From NCBI GenBank assembly GCA_034669905.1, contig JAXMOL010000018.1, positions 1 through 64,000 of the forward strand: a stretch of DNA of 64,000 nt, in the 5' to 3' direction. Below are positions 1 to 10,124 of this stretch, piece after piece. Both the position numbers and the translations under genes were made by a program. The notes under the pieces were generated by a model. The model searched no databases. It had not been told where the DNA came from and was given only the letters and a program-made list of their open reading frames with translations. Every line of letters begins with the position of its first letter. Within the stretch, counting starts at the first letter, position 1. This DNA comes from Candidatus Hydrogenedentota bacterium (GTDB lineage Bacteria; Hydrogenedentota; Hydrogenedentia; Hydrogenedentales; JAEUWI01).

Positions 1-138
1 TTCTCCTTCTCCTTCTCCTTCTCCTTCTCCTTCTCCTTCTCCTTCTCCTTCTCCTTCTCCTTCACCTTCACCTTCACCTTCACCTTCACCTTCTCCTTCA
101 CCTTCACCTTCACCTTCTCCTTCTCCTTCTCCTTCTCC
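1..138 (-). repeat. Coding hexamer tandem repeat (GAAGGW)n encoding at least 23 Glu-Gly units
   Basis: ttctcc/ttcacc units from 1 to 138, in frame with the CDS above. Confidence 0.95.
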
Positions 139-1503
139 CGCTACGGGGACGGAGGCTAGCAGGAAGATGCCGGGGTACTGACTGCGGAAGGTGATCGCGT
201 TCTGGTCTGTATCAACGACAATCTGGCTGATCCCCTCATCGCCATAGGTGTCATCGCCCAGGTAGCGATAGGGGGAGAGTTGGGTCTCATCCAGTCCCGC
301 GATTTGCCCATCCGAATAATGGAGGGTGATTTCGGCCCGTTGGATCTGTGCGGCGCTAAAGTCGGCCTCCGACGCGTGGATTTCAACGATGGCGCTGCTC
401 TTTTCCCGATTGGGAATAGCCCCTCCCGGATCGGTGCTCGGGAGGATATCGACCGTACAATTGAAATTGCGAACGCCACTGCGCAATCCCGCGGAATAGA
501 ACGTGATCGCGTTGCCCAGGCCATCGCCGGCCGTGCCCAGCCAGGTCCCGTTCGTGTTGCTGCCTTCTTCGGCGGGAAATTCCAGGGGCAGGACGGTGCT
601 CTCAGGACGGTTGGCATCGGTCATGGAAACCCGGGTCTCATACTCGTCCAGGATACCGTCGTTATCCGTGTCTACTGCCGGAGCGACATCGGCTACGGCG
701 TCAATTTCCGGGGTCATGGCACCCAGAGCCCCGTTCGTGAATTCAATGAACGAAGAGATGCGAATGAAGTGGAACTGATTCAGATTGGCAGGCTGGCCCG
801 TAGCTGTCCGCGCCCAGGCGATGTCGATGGCATCGCCGCCGCCGCTGCGGGGAGTCAGCCCGACGGTGAAGGGGTCGTCCGGTCGCACATAATTGTCCAG
901 GTATTCCAGCTGGGTGGGGGAAAGGTCGAGGTAACCCCAGTCGAACTCGGTCTGGTCGGTGTTGGGATTTACGATGAATCCCGACAGGGGGGGCGTGGGA
1001 TTTGCCATGCCCTCGGGCAGTACCGTGGTGTCCAGCATACGGCTGCCCGGGATGACGTACCAGGTGTCGTCGGCCAGCCCATTTTCATTCACGTCCTCAC
1101 TGATTTCAATGAGGCCCGGCTCGGAAAACTTTCGCTTGGCGTCGCCGCCAACCCACTGCCCGTTCCCATATACGATAAAGTCGAGTCCCATGGGGTTGTT
1201 GGGGTCATCGGTCACGGGCGTGTCGAAGGCGAGGGTAATGAAGCTGCCCGGTGCCGCGGCAGGTGTTCCAATAGAGTGCAGGCTGGTGTTGTTGGGGGCC
1301 GACGTGCCGCCACCGGTGGGCGCACCAATCGCATGGGAGGGCATGTCGAAGCCGACATTACCGTTGACGGTATTGACCGAGAGCACGCGGTCCGCCCACG
1401 GGTCTTCGGCGCGGACAGGCGTCCCTGCGGTGAGCGCGAGGAGCGCCAGGGCGACGGCAAACAGGGTGAATCGATTCGAAGATGGGCAACAGTGGACCAG
1501 CAA
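1..1503 (-). CDS. Partial (runs off window start) secreted/surface protein: signal peptide, BtuH-like putative cobalamin-binding domain, DxDxDG Ca-binding motif, further beta domain, (EG)n linker
   Basis: Absent from the ORF track because there is no stop in the window. Manual minus-strand translation from TTG at 1503 (SD GAGGGG upstream): MLVHCCPSSNRFTLFAVALALLALTAGTPVRAEDPWADRV...GSFITLAFDTPVTDDPNNPMGLDFIVYGNG...FSEPGLIEISEDVNENGLADDTWYVIPGS...GGGDAIDIAWA...FHFIRISS...LGAMTPEIDAV...DTDNDGILDEYE...AGEGEGEG. Confidence 0.85.
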   Translation of the reverse strand, partial: MLVHCCPSSNRFTLFAVALALLALTAGTPVRAEDPWADRVLSVNTVNGNVGFDMPSHAIGAPTGGGTSAPNNTSLHSIGTPAAAPGSFITLAFDTPVTDDPNNPMGLDFIVYGNGQWVGGDAKRKFSEPGLIEISEDVNENGLADDTWYVIPGSRMLDTTVLPEGMANPTPPLSGFIVNPNTDQTEFDWGYLDLSPTQLEYLDNYVRPDDPFTVGLTPRSGGGDAIDIAWARTATGQPANLNQFHFIRISSFIEFTNGALGAMTPEIDAVADVAPAVDTDNDGILDEYETRVSMTDANRPESTVLPLEFPAEEGSNTNGTWLGTAGDGLGNAITFYSAGLRSGVRNFNCTVDILPSTDPGGAIPNREKSSAIVEIHASEADFSAAQIQRAEITLHYSDGQIAGLDETQLSPYRYLGDDTYGDEGISQIVVDTDQNAITFRSQYPGIFLLASVPVAGEGEGEGEGEGEGEGEGEGEGEGEGEGEGEGEGEGEGEGEGEGEGE

Positions 1504-1634
1504 TGGTATCCCCTCGGATAAACGCGTTACGAGTGGGGATGTGCCATGGCGGGCCGGAATAGGGGGGAAGGAGAGAAAACCCAAGGATGCCTTCCCGAGA
1601 GGCCTGGGCGCATGGAACACCCAACGAAATACAC

Positions 1635-1850
1635 GGCTGGCAGGTCTTCGGACTTTCAGGCATCCCAAAGGGGAGGGCCTACTGAGCGCTGCTTCCCAAC
1701 CTCGTTTCGCCGAGGCCAGTGCATTCAATCGGACAATCGTTTCGTCCGTGCGCCGTTCGTTCCTGATTACCGCTGCGGGGCAGTTCTGGTCTCACACCAG
1801 ATTCCCTCTTAGCCCGTCTGTCATCGGAAGGCAGACGGGAACCAACCCCC
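1635..1850 (-). promoter_or_regulatory. Cobalamin (B12) riboswitch
   Basis: Minus strand shows the canonical motifs in order: GGTT, AAGAGGGAA, hairpin CTGGTGTGAGACCAG, ACTGCCCCGCAGCGGTAA, GCACTGG, GGGAAG, and B12 box AGTCCGAAGACCTGCC (1654-1639). A downstream hairpin ATCCCCACTCG/CGAGGGGAT (1540-1508) sequesters the SD. Confidence 0.95.
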
Positions 1851-2046
1851 ATAGGATACGCGACCGCCCGTTCAGGTGTCAATGGAGGAAGATGGGCCAT
1901 TGGATTGCTTGTCAGGTTCTCCGCCCCATTTGGAGCCGTTTTTTCATGGCGTATTTCCGGCGTTGACGCATTGCTACCGTCACAGGTAAGCTCCTTAGAC
2001 CCACGTGATACATCTGGGCGTGGAGAGCCAAGGGAGGAGAGACCGT

Positions 2047-3729
2047 ATGCTGGCGTTTTTAGCCGTGTTACCCGTGTTGACTGTGGGGGTGTTATTGGTC
2101 GGTCTGCGATGGCCTGCGAGTCGTGCCATGCCGGTATGCTACGCAACGGCCGTGCTCTTGGCCGTCTTCGCCTGGAAGATATCCCTTTGGCAGGTCGCTG
2201 CGGCCACCGTCAATGGCGTCGTGGTGGCACTAAGCCTCATCTATATCATTTTCGGGGCCATTTTACTCTTGAATACCCTCCATGAGAGTGGGGGGCTGAA
2301 GGTGGTTCGAAGGGGCTTCACCGATGTTACCGCCGATTGCCGGATTCAGGTCATCATCATCGCCTGGCTCTTCGGCTCCTTTATCGAAGGGGCCGCGGGC
2401 TTCGGCACGCCGGCAGCCGTCGCCGTGCCGCTGCTGGTGGGCCTGGGTTTTCCCGCTATGGCCGCAGTGGTGGCCGGTATGATTATTCAGAGCACCCCCG
2501 TCTCCTTCGGCGCGGCGGGTACCCCGATTCTGGTGGGGGTGAGTAATGGCCTGAAGGACAGCCCGGCTGTTTTGCCCTATTTTGAAGCGGGGGGCTTTGC
2601 CGAGTGGACCGACTACCTGGCCCACATCGGGGTGAAGGTGGCGCTCTTGCACGGCCTCGCGGGTACCCTCGTTCCCCTGATTGTGGTTATCTTTATGACC
2701 CGATTCTTTGGTCCCAACCGCAGCGTGCGCGAGGGACTCGCCATCTGGCCCTTCGCCCTCTTTTCCGCTTTTGCCATGACCATCCCCTACGTGCTGGTGG
2801 CCATCTTTTTTGGACCGGAGTTCCCCACCATTGTCGGCGGTCTGACCGGTTTGGCCATCGTAGTGACGGCGGCCCGGAAGGGATTCCTTATGCCCGATGC
2901 GGCCGATCCCTGGACCTTTGGCGACCGAAAGCAGTGGGAACCTGAATGGCAAGGCACGCTGCACGTGGATGATGATGCAGGCCCACCGTCGACCCTGTCT
3001 ATCTATCGGGCCTGGACGCCCTATGTGTTGGTGGGCTTGCTCCTCTTTATCACCCGAATGAAGGCACTGCCACTGGTGGACTGGCTGAAGGCCTGGACCT
3101 TGACGATACCCGAAATATTCGGCACCGAGATCACGGCTAAGGTGCAGCCACTTTACCTGCCCGGGACCATCTTTATTGCCGTCTCGTTAATCACCTGGTA
3201 CCTCCACCGCATCGGCGGGCGGGCCTACGGACGGGCGTGGCGCGACTCCTTGAAAACCACGGGGGCCGCTTCGGTCGCCCTCATTTTTACCGTGCCCATG
3301 GTGCAGGTCTTCATCCACTCTGGAGGCGGTGCTGCCGACTATGCCGCTATGCCCATGGTCCTGGCCTCGGGCGTAGCCCACGTGGCCGGTCAGGCGTGGC
3401 CCTTGTTTGCCCCCTTTATTGGTGGACTGGGTGCCTTTATCGCGGGGAGCAACACCATCTCCAACATGATGTTCAGCCTCTTCCAGTTTGAAGTGGGCGT
3501 GCGTATCGGCGCCGAGCCTTCGCTGATTGTGGCTCTCCAGGCCGTGGGCGGGGCAGCCGGTAATATGATCTGCGTTCACAACGTGGTGGCGGCCTCGGCA
3601 GTCGCGGGCCTCTTTGGAAAAGAGGGCGACGTTTTGCGGAAAACCTGCTGGCCTTTCTTGTACTATGCCTTGATTACCGGCATTGTGGGCCTTGTCGTGT
3701 TTTTGTGGGCAACACCGGCTACCTCATAG
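2047..3729 (+). CDS. lctP: L-lactate permease
   Basis: Polytopic membrane protein with [42 protein letters not shown] and [15 protein letters not shown] motifs; SD GGAGGA before ATG 2047. Confidence 0.9.
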   Translation: MLAFLAVLPVLTVGVLLVGLRWPASRAMPVCYATAVLLAVFAWKISLWQVAAATVNGVVVALSLIYIIFGAILLLNTLHESGGLKVVRRGFTDVTADCRIQVIIIAWLFGSFIEGAAGFGTPAAVAVPLLVGLGFPAMAAVVAGMIIQSTPVSFGAAGTPILVGVSNGLKDSPAVLPYFEAGGFAEWTDYLAHIGVKVALLHGLAGTLVPLIVVIFMTRFFGPNRSVREGLAIWPFALFSAFAMTIPYVLVAIFFGPEFPTIVGGLTGLAIVVTAARKGFLMPDAADPWTFGDRKQWEPEWQGTLHVDDDAGPPSTLSIYRAWTPYVLVGLLLFITRMKALPLVDWLKAWTLTIPEIFGTEITAKVQPLYLPGTIFIAVSLITWYLHRIGGRAYGRAWRDSLKTTGAASVALIFTVPMVQVFIHSGGGAADYAAMPMVLASGVAHVAGQAWPLFAPFIGGLGAFIAGSNTISNMMFSLFQFEVGVRIGAEPSLIVALQAVGGAAGNMICVHNVVAASAVAGLFGKEGDVLRKTCWPFLYYALITGIVGLVVFLWATPATS

Positions 3730-3874
3730 CGTGGGCGGCCATGTCCCGCACGGGCCCGTTCGTTCGTTGTTATTCAGAGTCGTACGGGGGTGCCATTGGG
3801 CACACCCGGGATACGCCATGTAGGCAGTGATTGAAACGCCATCTGAGCGCACGCAAGAGGAGCTGGGTCAGGCT

Positions 3875-4963
3875 ATGTCGAACACGATCGTTATGGTTGC
3901 CACCGAAAAGGGCGCGTTCTTCCTTCGCAGCGATGCCGCCCGTCAAGACTGGACACTCTCCAGCCCGGCGTTAAAGGGCTGGAAAGTGAATAACCTGCTG
4001 TTGGATCAGCGGCAGGAACCGTTACTCTACGCGGCCGTGGGACATTTCGTCTATGGGCCTACGGTCCAGATTTCCCGCGATCTGGGCGCCACCTGGGAGC
4101 AGCAGGAACATGGTCCCAAGTTCGGCGAAGGGGCCACTTCTACCCTGAAGAATATCTGGACCATCGTGCCGGGACCTGCGGATGAACCCAAAACACTATA
4201 CGCCGGTACGGATGACGCCGGACTCTTCGTCAGCCGCGACGGTGGGGCCCACTGGGAGGAGCTGACTGGGATTTCACAGCATGAGTCCCGGAGCGAATGG
4301 ATGGGCGGCGCAGGCGGTCTTTGCCTCCACACCATCCTGCTCGATAAAGACACGCCCGGTCGCATGTGGGTGGGGATTTCCGCCGTGGGTGTTCTGCGTT
4401 CAGACGACGGGGGCCAGACCTTCCACCCGAGCAATGAGGGGATGCCCATTGTTATCGAGGGGAAGGAATTCAAAAATATCGGTTCCTGTGTGCATTCCAT
4501 GGTGCAGGATCCCAACCAGCCCAGTCACCTCTATCAGCAAAATCACCAGGGGGTGTTGCGCAGCGTTGATGGCGGGGACCACTGGGAACGCATCGAGTCG
4601 GGCCTGCCCTCTAAGTTCGGTTTTCCCATGGTGATGGATCCCCACGATGCGAAACGCCTCTACATCGTGCCCCAGGAAGCCGATGAGTACCGCATTTTCA
4701 AGGATGGTAAGCCCACTGTTTTCCGGACCACCAACCAAGGGGAGTCTTGGGAGCCGCTTCGCAACGGCTTGCCGGACAACTGTTATTCGGGCGTGCTCCG
4801 TCACGCCATGGCGGTGGATACCCACGACGTGGCGGGGGTCTATTTCGGGACCTCCGGCGGGCAGATTTTTTACAGCATCGACGGCGGCGAATCCTGGCAG
4901 ACCATGCCGTGTGCCTTGCCCCGTATCCTCGCCGTGAAAGCGGCGGTTATAGAGGAGGCGTAG
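3875..4963 (+). CDS. BNR/Asp-box repeat beta-propeller protein (WD40/YVTN, 'exo-alpha-sialidase-like'), no signal peptide
   Basis: Repeated SxDxGxxW motifs (SRDLGATW, SRDGGAHW, SDDGGQTF, SVDGGDHW, TTNQGESW, SIDGGESW); GGAGGLCLH, CVH and QQNH motifs. Confidence 0.85.
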   Translation: MSNTIVMVATEKGAFFLRSDAARQDWTLSSPALKGWKVNNLLLDQRQEPLLYAAVGHFVYGPTVQISRDLGATWEQQEHGPKFGEGATSTLKNIWTIVPGPADEPKTLYAGTDDAGLFVSRDGGAHWEELTGISQHESRSEWMGGAGGLCLHTILLDKDTPGRMWVGISAVGVLRSDDGGQTFHPSNEGMPIVIEGKEFKNIGSCVHSMVQDPNQPSHLYQQNHQGVLRSVDGGDHWERIESGLPSKFGFPMVMDPHDAKRLYIVPQEADEYRIFKDGKPTVFRTTNQGESWEPLRNGLPDNCYSGVLRHAMAVDTHDVAGVYFGTSGGQIFYSIDGGESWQTMPCALPRILAVKAAVIEEA

Positions 4964-4965
4964 CC

Positions 4966-5250
4966 ATGGCGCCCGTATCGATTACGGTGACTTTGCCCGG
5001 AATGCTGGCTACCTGTGCGGGCGGTGAGCAGACCGTAACCGTCGAAGCCGAAACCCTTCCCGGAAGTGTAGACGCCCTGCTGCAGGCCTACCCGTTACTC
5101 AAGGTCCACCTGTTTCGCGAAGACGGCACCCTCCGGGAGCACGTCATGCTGCTCTACAACGATCAGAGTTTCGATTGGCTCGACAGCACCGACATTCCGC
5201 TGAAAGAAGGTGACCGCCTGACCGTGCTGCAGTTGGTGTCTGGAGGTTGA
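4966..5250 (+). CDS. MoaD/ThiS-family ubiquitin-like protein (94 aa)
   Basis: ATG 2 nt after the previous stop, SD GAGGAGG; beta-grasp pattern ITVTLPGML...LKEGDRLTVLQLVSGG ending in Gly-Gly. Confidence 0.9.
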   Translation: MAPVSITVTLPGMLATCAGGEQTVTVEAETLPGSVDALLQAYPLLKVHLFREDGTLREHVMLLYNDQSFDWLDSTDIPLKEGDRLTVLQLVSGG

Positions 5251-5317
5251 GCGTGCCATCCATTCCGATTGCGGGGGGCGAAATGCGCTGTTGACCGTCT
5301 TCACCCGACGCCCTGTT

Positions 5318-6715
5318 TCAGGGGCTGTAGTAATTGTAGGTCTGTTTGCTCTGGCGGTAGTGCCGCTGTTCCCATAGGCGGGGGAGGTCGGGCCGCGGAT
5401 TAGCGGCTGGATTGTGGTAGATCTTGAGCTGGGTGCCCGACCACGAAATCATCTCTTCTCGCCAGTCTCCCGAGACATCGACGACATAGAAACGTGCTGC
5501 CTCGTCTTCGAAACGGGCCACAAACTTCCCCGTCATGGGGTCGAAGATGCCCACATCGCCCGCGGTGTGCCGCTCTTTCGCCGCCGCAAGTTGTTGCGGA
5601 CCGCCGGTCCAGTCGATACGGTTAATGTTTTCGACTCCGGCATCAGACCAGCCCGGAGACTTGACGTCGTCAAGCTTATAGTGGGCAATGACCGCGCCCT
5701 GGGCGTCATGGACCCAAGGCTGTTGGCCCGTGTTGTATCGGCTGCGACACCAGACCTCGAGGCCAGGATGGGCAGCACTGAACTCGCCCACGGCAGCGTT
5801 CTGGGGCTCCCAATGCTTGTAGTCGCTGATCCAGATTACCTTTTCGGCATTATAGAGAAAAATCCGGTTGCCCCCTTCCTCCTTCGTGCTGCCCCCTTCT
5901 TCCAGGGCGACCACTTCCAGGCCTGGAATGTCCGGCCGTACATCGTATGCGAAGATGGAGTCGATGTGGCCCCGGAGCGGAATCTTCGTGCGGAATTCGC
6001 CGTCGTAGCCCACCATGGTGCCACCGAGAACCTCGTCCCGGCCATCGCCATCCAGATCGGCCACCCGCGCGCCATTGTGTGCGCAGGTGGTAAAGTCGGC
6101 CCGCTGCCACAGGGGCGTGGTAGCGCCGGATTTCAATTGGTCGAGGGCGTAGGCCGCGATATGGTGGCCCACCCGATAACCCTGATTGTTCGTGGCCTGG
6201 AGCAGCAGGTCCCGTTCACCCTGGCCCCGAAAGTTGGCGACGACAAGATGTTCCCAACGGTCGGTGCCGTCGGGATGGGGCGGGTTCGCTGTCCAGCGCA
6301 GTTCGCCTGTGGCACCCGCAAGGACTTCCAGGCCCTTAGCCGCCGTCATGCCACCCAGAAGGTAGAGCACTTCCACGTGGCCATCACCATCGATATCGAT
6401 AGCCGTGACGCCCGGGCCGTTGTGACCCGGAAGACCCACCCGTTCCGACGAGCCGCCAACGCGGACATCAACCTTGCGAACCCAAAGTTCCGTGCCGTCG
6501 TGGGCGTATGCGCCGATAATACCTGGCGCCGTAAGGAGGTAGTCGAACTGACCGTCTCCATTCAGATCGGCCGTAAGGATACCGCCCGCCGAATCTTCGG
6601 AAACGGCGAAAGGGAGATCGATTACAAAGGGGTTCGCCGGATATTGTGGCGCACTGGTTGCCGCCGCGGAAATTACGACACCGCAGAGCAGAAGGAAAGG
6701 TCGAGTCATTGGCAT
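5318..6715 (-). CDS. Secreted FG-GAP/DxDxDG-repeat beta-propeller (rhamnogalacturonan lyase PL11-like)
   Basis: Signal peptide; ADLNGDGQFD, DIDGDGHVEV, ADLDGDGRDEV and DVSGDWREE repeats. Confidence 0.7.
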   Translation of the reverse strand: MPMTRPFLLLCGVVISAAATSAPQYPANPFVIDLPFAVSEDSAGGILTADLNGDGQFDYLLTAPGIIGAYAHDGTELWVRKVDVRVGGSSERVGLPGHNGPGVTAIDIDGDGHVEVLYLLGGMTAAKGLEVLAGATGELRWTANPPHPDGTDRWEHLVVANFRGQGERDLLLQATNNQGYRVGHHIAAYALDQLKSGATTPLWQRADFTTCAHNGARVADLDGDGRDEVLGGTMVGYDGEFRTKIPLRGHIDSIFAYDVRPDIPGLEVVALEEGGSTKEEGGNRIFLYNAEKVIWISDYKHWEPQNAAVGEFSAAHPGLEVWCRSRYNTGQQPWVHDAQGAVIAHYKLDDVKSPGWSDAGVENINRIDWTGGPQQLAAAKERHTAGDVGIFDPMTGKFVARFEDEAARFYVVDVSGDWREEMISWSGTQLKIYHNPAANPRPDLPRLWEQRHYRQSKQTYNYYSP

Positions 6716-6844
6716 CGTTACGCTCCCGGGGCGTTGCGCGTTCTGGTTAGGGAAGCTTCGGTCAAAAAATACGCTATGCCATTCCGTGTCACGGATTCAA
6801 GCAGCTGATTTTATTGCTGGCGACTGCCAGGAAGAAATCTGGGG

Positions 6845-8557
6845 TCAGGGCGCGACGGTTACCCTGCCGAGGGCGGCGTCGATGGCTTCGTCCATGGACT
6901 GGGTGAAACAGACAACACCGTCTTCTTCTCGAATTCCCACCTTGGTCAATTTCTTGATCAGGGAGGGATCCAGATCGTTGATGACCACCCGCACCTGTCG
7001 TGTGCGGAAGGTATCCATGATCGACTCCAGCGCGACCATCGCCGTCATGTCCACCATGGTGACGTCGGACATTTCCAGGATGACAACCTGGACGTCTCCG
7101 GGAACACTCGTCAGGGCCGTGAGGGCTTTCTGGGCGGAGCCGAAAAACATGGCCCCATCGATATCGTATACCAGGACGCTGTCGGGTAGTTCGGCCGTTC
7201 GGGGATGCTCGTTCATCTTGTGTTCAATGAGTTCCACGCCGGTGAGGTCAATGCTCCGGCGCACAAAGAGCACGGCAGCCAGTCCCATCCCCACAGCGAC
7301 CGCGATTTGCATGTCGAAGAGGACGGTCAAGCCAAAGCAATTGAGCAACGTAAAAATATCCCGACCGGGCGCAACCTTCAGGATACGCACGAAGTGACGG
7401 GCCTCACTCATGTTCCACGCGACCACCATCAGCAAGGCGGCGATGGCGGCCATGGGCACGTAGGCGAGCAGGGGCGCGAGCAGCAGCAGACACAAGAGGA
7501 TGAACACGGAATGGACTACTGACGACAGGGGCATCGTGCCACCGGCGCGAACATTGGCTGCCGTCCGCGCAATGGCTGCCGTGGCGGGCAGGCCGCCGAA
7601 GAAGGGCACGATCATGTTGCCCAGTCCCTGGCCGATGAGTTCGTCATTGGGATTATGGCGCTTGCCCGACATGCCGTCGGCGACGACCGCACAGAGCAAG
7701 GACTCCAGGGCCGCGAGCATGGCGATGGCGAAGGCGGGGCCAATCAGATTCCGGAGCAACGCGAAGGAGAGCCCAATGGGATTGCCATCGGCATCTGGCA
7801 ACTGCCAGGGGAGGACGAAGTGGGGCAGGACGGGCGGGATGCCGTTGCCGGTGATGCCATTCAGTTCATAGTGAAAGCGTGATCCAATGGTGGCGACTTC
7901 AAAATCATTGAGAAAATGCGCCGCCGCCCAGGCACCGATGGAGCCCGCAAGGATTCCCGCGAGGTGAAATGGGAAACGGGTTCTCAGGCGCGTCCAGCCC
8001 AGGATGACGGCCAAGGTAAAGAGGCCCACGGTCGCCTCCTCCCAACGAACAGTCGGTAGGGCCTGGGCCATGGCCCACACGGTTTCGATAAAGGACTCAC
8101 CACCGCCCTCTGTCTCCAGCCCGAGGAAGTCCTTGAGCTGCAAGGTGGCAATGACGACGCCGATGCCTGCAGTGAAGCCCACGGTAACGGGATAGGGCAC
8201 AATCTGGATCAACGCACCCAGACGGAGGAAGCCCATACCCACCAGAATACACCCCGCAAGAAAGCCACTACACAGCAGGCCCGCCGGACCGTACTGTTGA
8301 ACAATGGGAAGGAGGATAACCACAAATGCAGCCGTCGGTCCTGAAATGTTGACCTTAGAACCTCCGGTGAGCGCGATGACGATACCCGCCACAATCGCCG
8401 TGTAGAGGCCGTGCTGGGGGGGCATGCCACTGGCAATGGCCAGGCCCATGGAGAGGGGCAAGGCAATGACGCCGACGGTGAGACCGGCGAAAACGTTGGA
8501 CAATAACTGGTGGCGGGTGGGTTTGCTTTGCAGAGATCGGGACAAAGCGGAAAACAT
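6845..8557 (-). CDS. dauA: SulP-family anion / C4-dicarboxylate transporter with C-terminal STAS domain (DauA-like)
   Basis: GLTVGVIALPLSMGLAIASG, GLYTAIVAG, ISGPTAAF, ESLLCAVVADGM, TAAIARTAANV; STAS domain with DGAMFFG. Confidence 0.8.
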   Translation of the reverse strand: MFSALSRSLQSKPTRHQLLSNVFAGLTVGVIALPLSMGLAIASGMPPQHGLYTAIVAGIVIALTGGSKVNISGPTAAFVVILLPIVQQYGPAGLLCSGFLAGCILVGMGFLRLGALIQIVPYPVTVGFTAGIGVVIATLQLKDFLGLETEGGGESFIETVWAMAQALPTVRWEEATVGLFTLAVILGWTRLRTRFPFHLAGILAGSIGAWAAAHFLNDFEVATIGSRFHYELNGITGNGIPPVLPHFVLPWQLPDADGNPIGLSFALLRNLIGPAFAIAMLAALESLLCAVVADGMSGKRHNPNDELIGQGLGNMIVPFFGGLPATAAIARTAANVRAGGTMPLSSVVHSVFILLCLLLLAPLLAYVPMAAIAALLMVVAWNMSEARHFVRILKVAPGRDIFTLLNCFGLTVLFDMQIAVAVGMGLAAVLFVRRSIDLTGVELIEHKMNEHPRTAELPDSVLVYDIDGAMFFGSAQKALTALTSVPGDVQVVILEMSDVTMVDMTAMVALESIMDTFRTRQVRVVINDLDPSLIKKLTKVGIREEDGVVCFTQSMDEAIDAALGRVTVAP

Positions 8558-8709
8558 GGCAGGGGTACTCCGGTTGCGTAAAGGGTCGTGAAAGGAACAC
8601 GACGGACTTCACGACGTACGTAATACCCCATGGTGGAAGCGTATTTACCCCAGAATGGCCCCGGATACCCGTACCCCGTGAAGGGCGTCACCGGTTAGGA
8701 TAGCAAATT

Positions 8710-10119
8710 CTACGCGATGATGTCGTGTAGCACGTTGCCATGGACGTCCGTAAGGCTGAGATCCCGCCCGCCGTGGCGGTAGGTCAGCCGTTCGTGATCA
8801 AGTCCCATGAGGTGGAGCACGGTCGCCCACAGGTCGTAAACCGTGCACTTATTTTCCACGGCGTGGTAACCGAATTCGTCGGTGGCCCCATAGATGGTAC
8901 CGCCCTTAATGCCGCCCCCCGCCATCCAGATGGAGAAGCCATAGGGGTTGTGATCCCGCCCATTACTCCCCTGGGAGAATGGGGTGCGGCCAAACTCGCC
9001 GGACCAGATGACCAGGGTTTCGTCGAGGAGTCCACGGGCCTTGAGGTCTTTCAAGAGTCCGCCAATGGGTTTGTCGACCTGGAGCGCCATATTGCCATGG
9101 CCTTCTTCCAGGCCGCCGTGTTGATCCCAGGGATTGGCTTTCTGGCCGTCCCCCGCATGCTGGGCCAGGCAGCTCAGTTCGACAAAGCGTACGCCCCGCT
9201 CTACCAGCCGTCGCGCGAGGAGGCACTGCCGGCCGTAGGCCGCCGTATTGGTGTTGCTGTGGTTCAGGGCATAGAGCTCTTTCGTTGCCTCGGATTCTCC
9301 CCGGATGTCGCAGAGTTCCGGGACCGCTGCCTGCATCCGAAAGGCCGTCTCATAGTTGGCGATGGCGGCTTCTACATCTTGCTGGCCTTCGAGCCGGTTG
9401 ACGAAGTCGCTGTCGAGGGATGAAATGAGGTCAAGCCGTTTGCGCTGGTTCTCGGGCAACTCAAGCGCCTTAATATTGCGCACGGCTTCCATCCGGTCCC
9501 CCTGCAAAATGGAGCCCTGGTGTTGGGCAGGGAGGTAACCGTTGCTGAAAAGCCCTACGCCACCATGGGGTACCGTACAATCGCCGCTCTGAAGCACCAC
9601 GAAGCCCGGCAAATTGTCCGCATCGGAGCCGAGGCCATAGTTGACCCAGGCACCGGCACTGGGGCTGCCCATAAAGGGAACACCCGTGTGGAAGAAATAG
9701 TTGCCCTGGGCATGCTCGTTTACACTGCTGGTCATAGAGCGGACCACCGCAAGGTCGTCCACACTCTCTGCAATGTGGGGGAAGAGGCTGCTGACCGGGA
9801 TGCCGCTTTCGCCGTATTGCTTGAATTCGAAGGGCGAGCCGAAAATATTGCCGTTCTGATTGAACTGGGTGCGTTCTACCTTGACCGGCATGGGCTTGCC
9901 GTGGTCCTGGTTCAGCCGGGGCTTGGGATCGAAACTGTCCACATGAGATACGCCGCCCGACATGTAGCAGAAGATCACATGCTTTGCCACGGGGCGGTAG
10001 TGGGGCAGGGCCACGGCGGGCTTCGCCATCCCGGCGAGGGCCAATGCGCCGAATCCGGTAGAACACCGCGCGAGCATTTGCCGCCGGGAAATAAGATGCT
10101 GGTCAGGTCGTTTCGTCAC
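8710..10119 (-). CDS. DUF1501 protein (Tat-exported)
   Basis: GTG start after AGGT; SRRQML twin-Arg; [34 protein letters not shown]. Confidence 0.9.
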   Translation of the reverse strand: MTKRPDQHLISRRQMLARCSTGFGALALAGMAKPAVALPHYRPVAKHVIFCYMSGGVSHVDSFDPKPRLNQDHGKPMPVKVERTQFNQNGNIFGSPFEFKQYGESGIPVSSLFPHIAESVDDLAVVRSMTSSVNEHAQGNYFFHTGVPFMGSPSAGAWVNYGLGSDADNLPGFVVLQSGDCTVPHGGVGLFSNGYLPAQHQGSILQGDRMEAVRNIKALELPENQRKRLDLISSLDSDFVNRLEGQQDVEAAIANYETAFRMQAAVPELCDIRGESEATKELYALNHSNTNTAAYGRQCLLARRLVERGVRFVELSCLAQHAGDGQKANPWDQHGGLEEGHGNMALQVDKPIGGLLKDLKARGLLDETLVIWSGEFGRTPFSQGSNGRDHNPYGFSIWMAGGGIKGGTIYGATDEFGYHAVENKCTVYDLWATVLHLMGLDHERLTYRHGGRDLSLTDVHGNVLHDIIA

Positions 10120-10124
10120 AATAC

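Noticed and set aside
1..138. Possible CRISPR, telomeric or non-coding satellite
   Set aside because: In-frame coding (EG)n repeat with synonymous GGA/GGT variation and no spacers.
280..1521. 413-aa plus-strand ORF
   Set aside because: Codon-register antisense shadow of the real minus-strand gene at 1-1503; no recognisable motifs.
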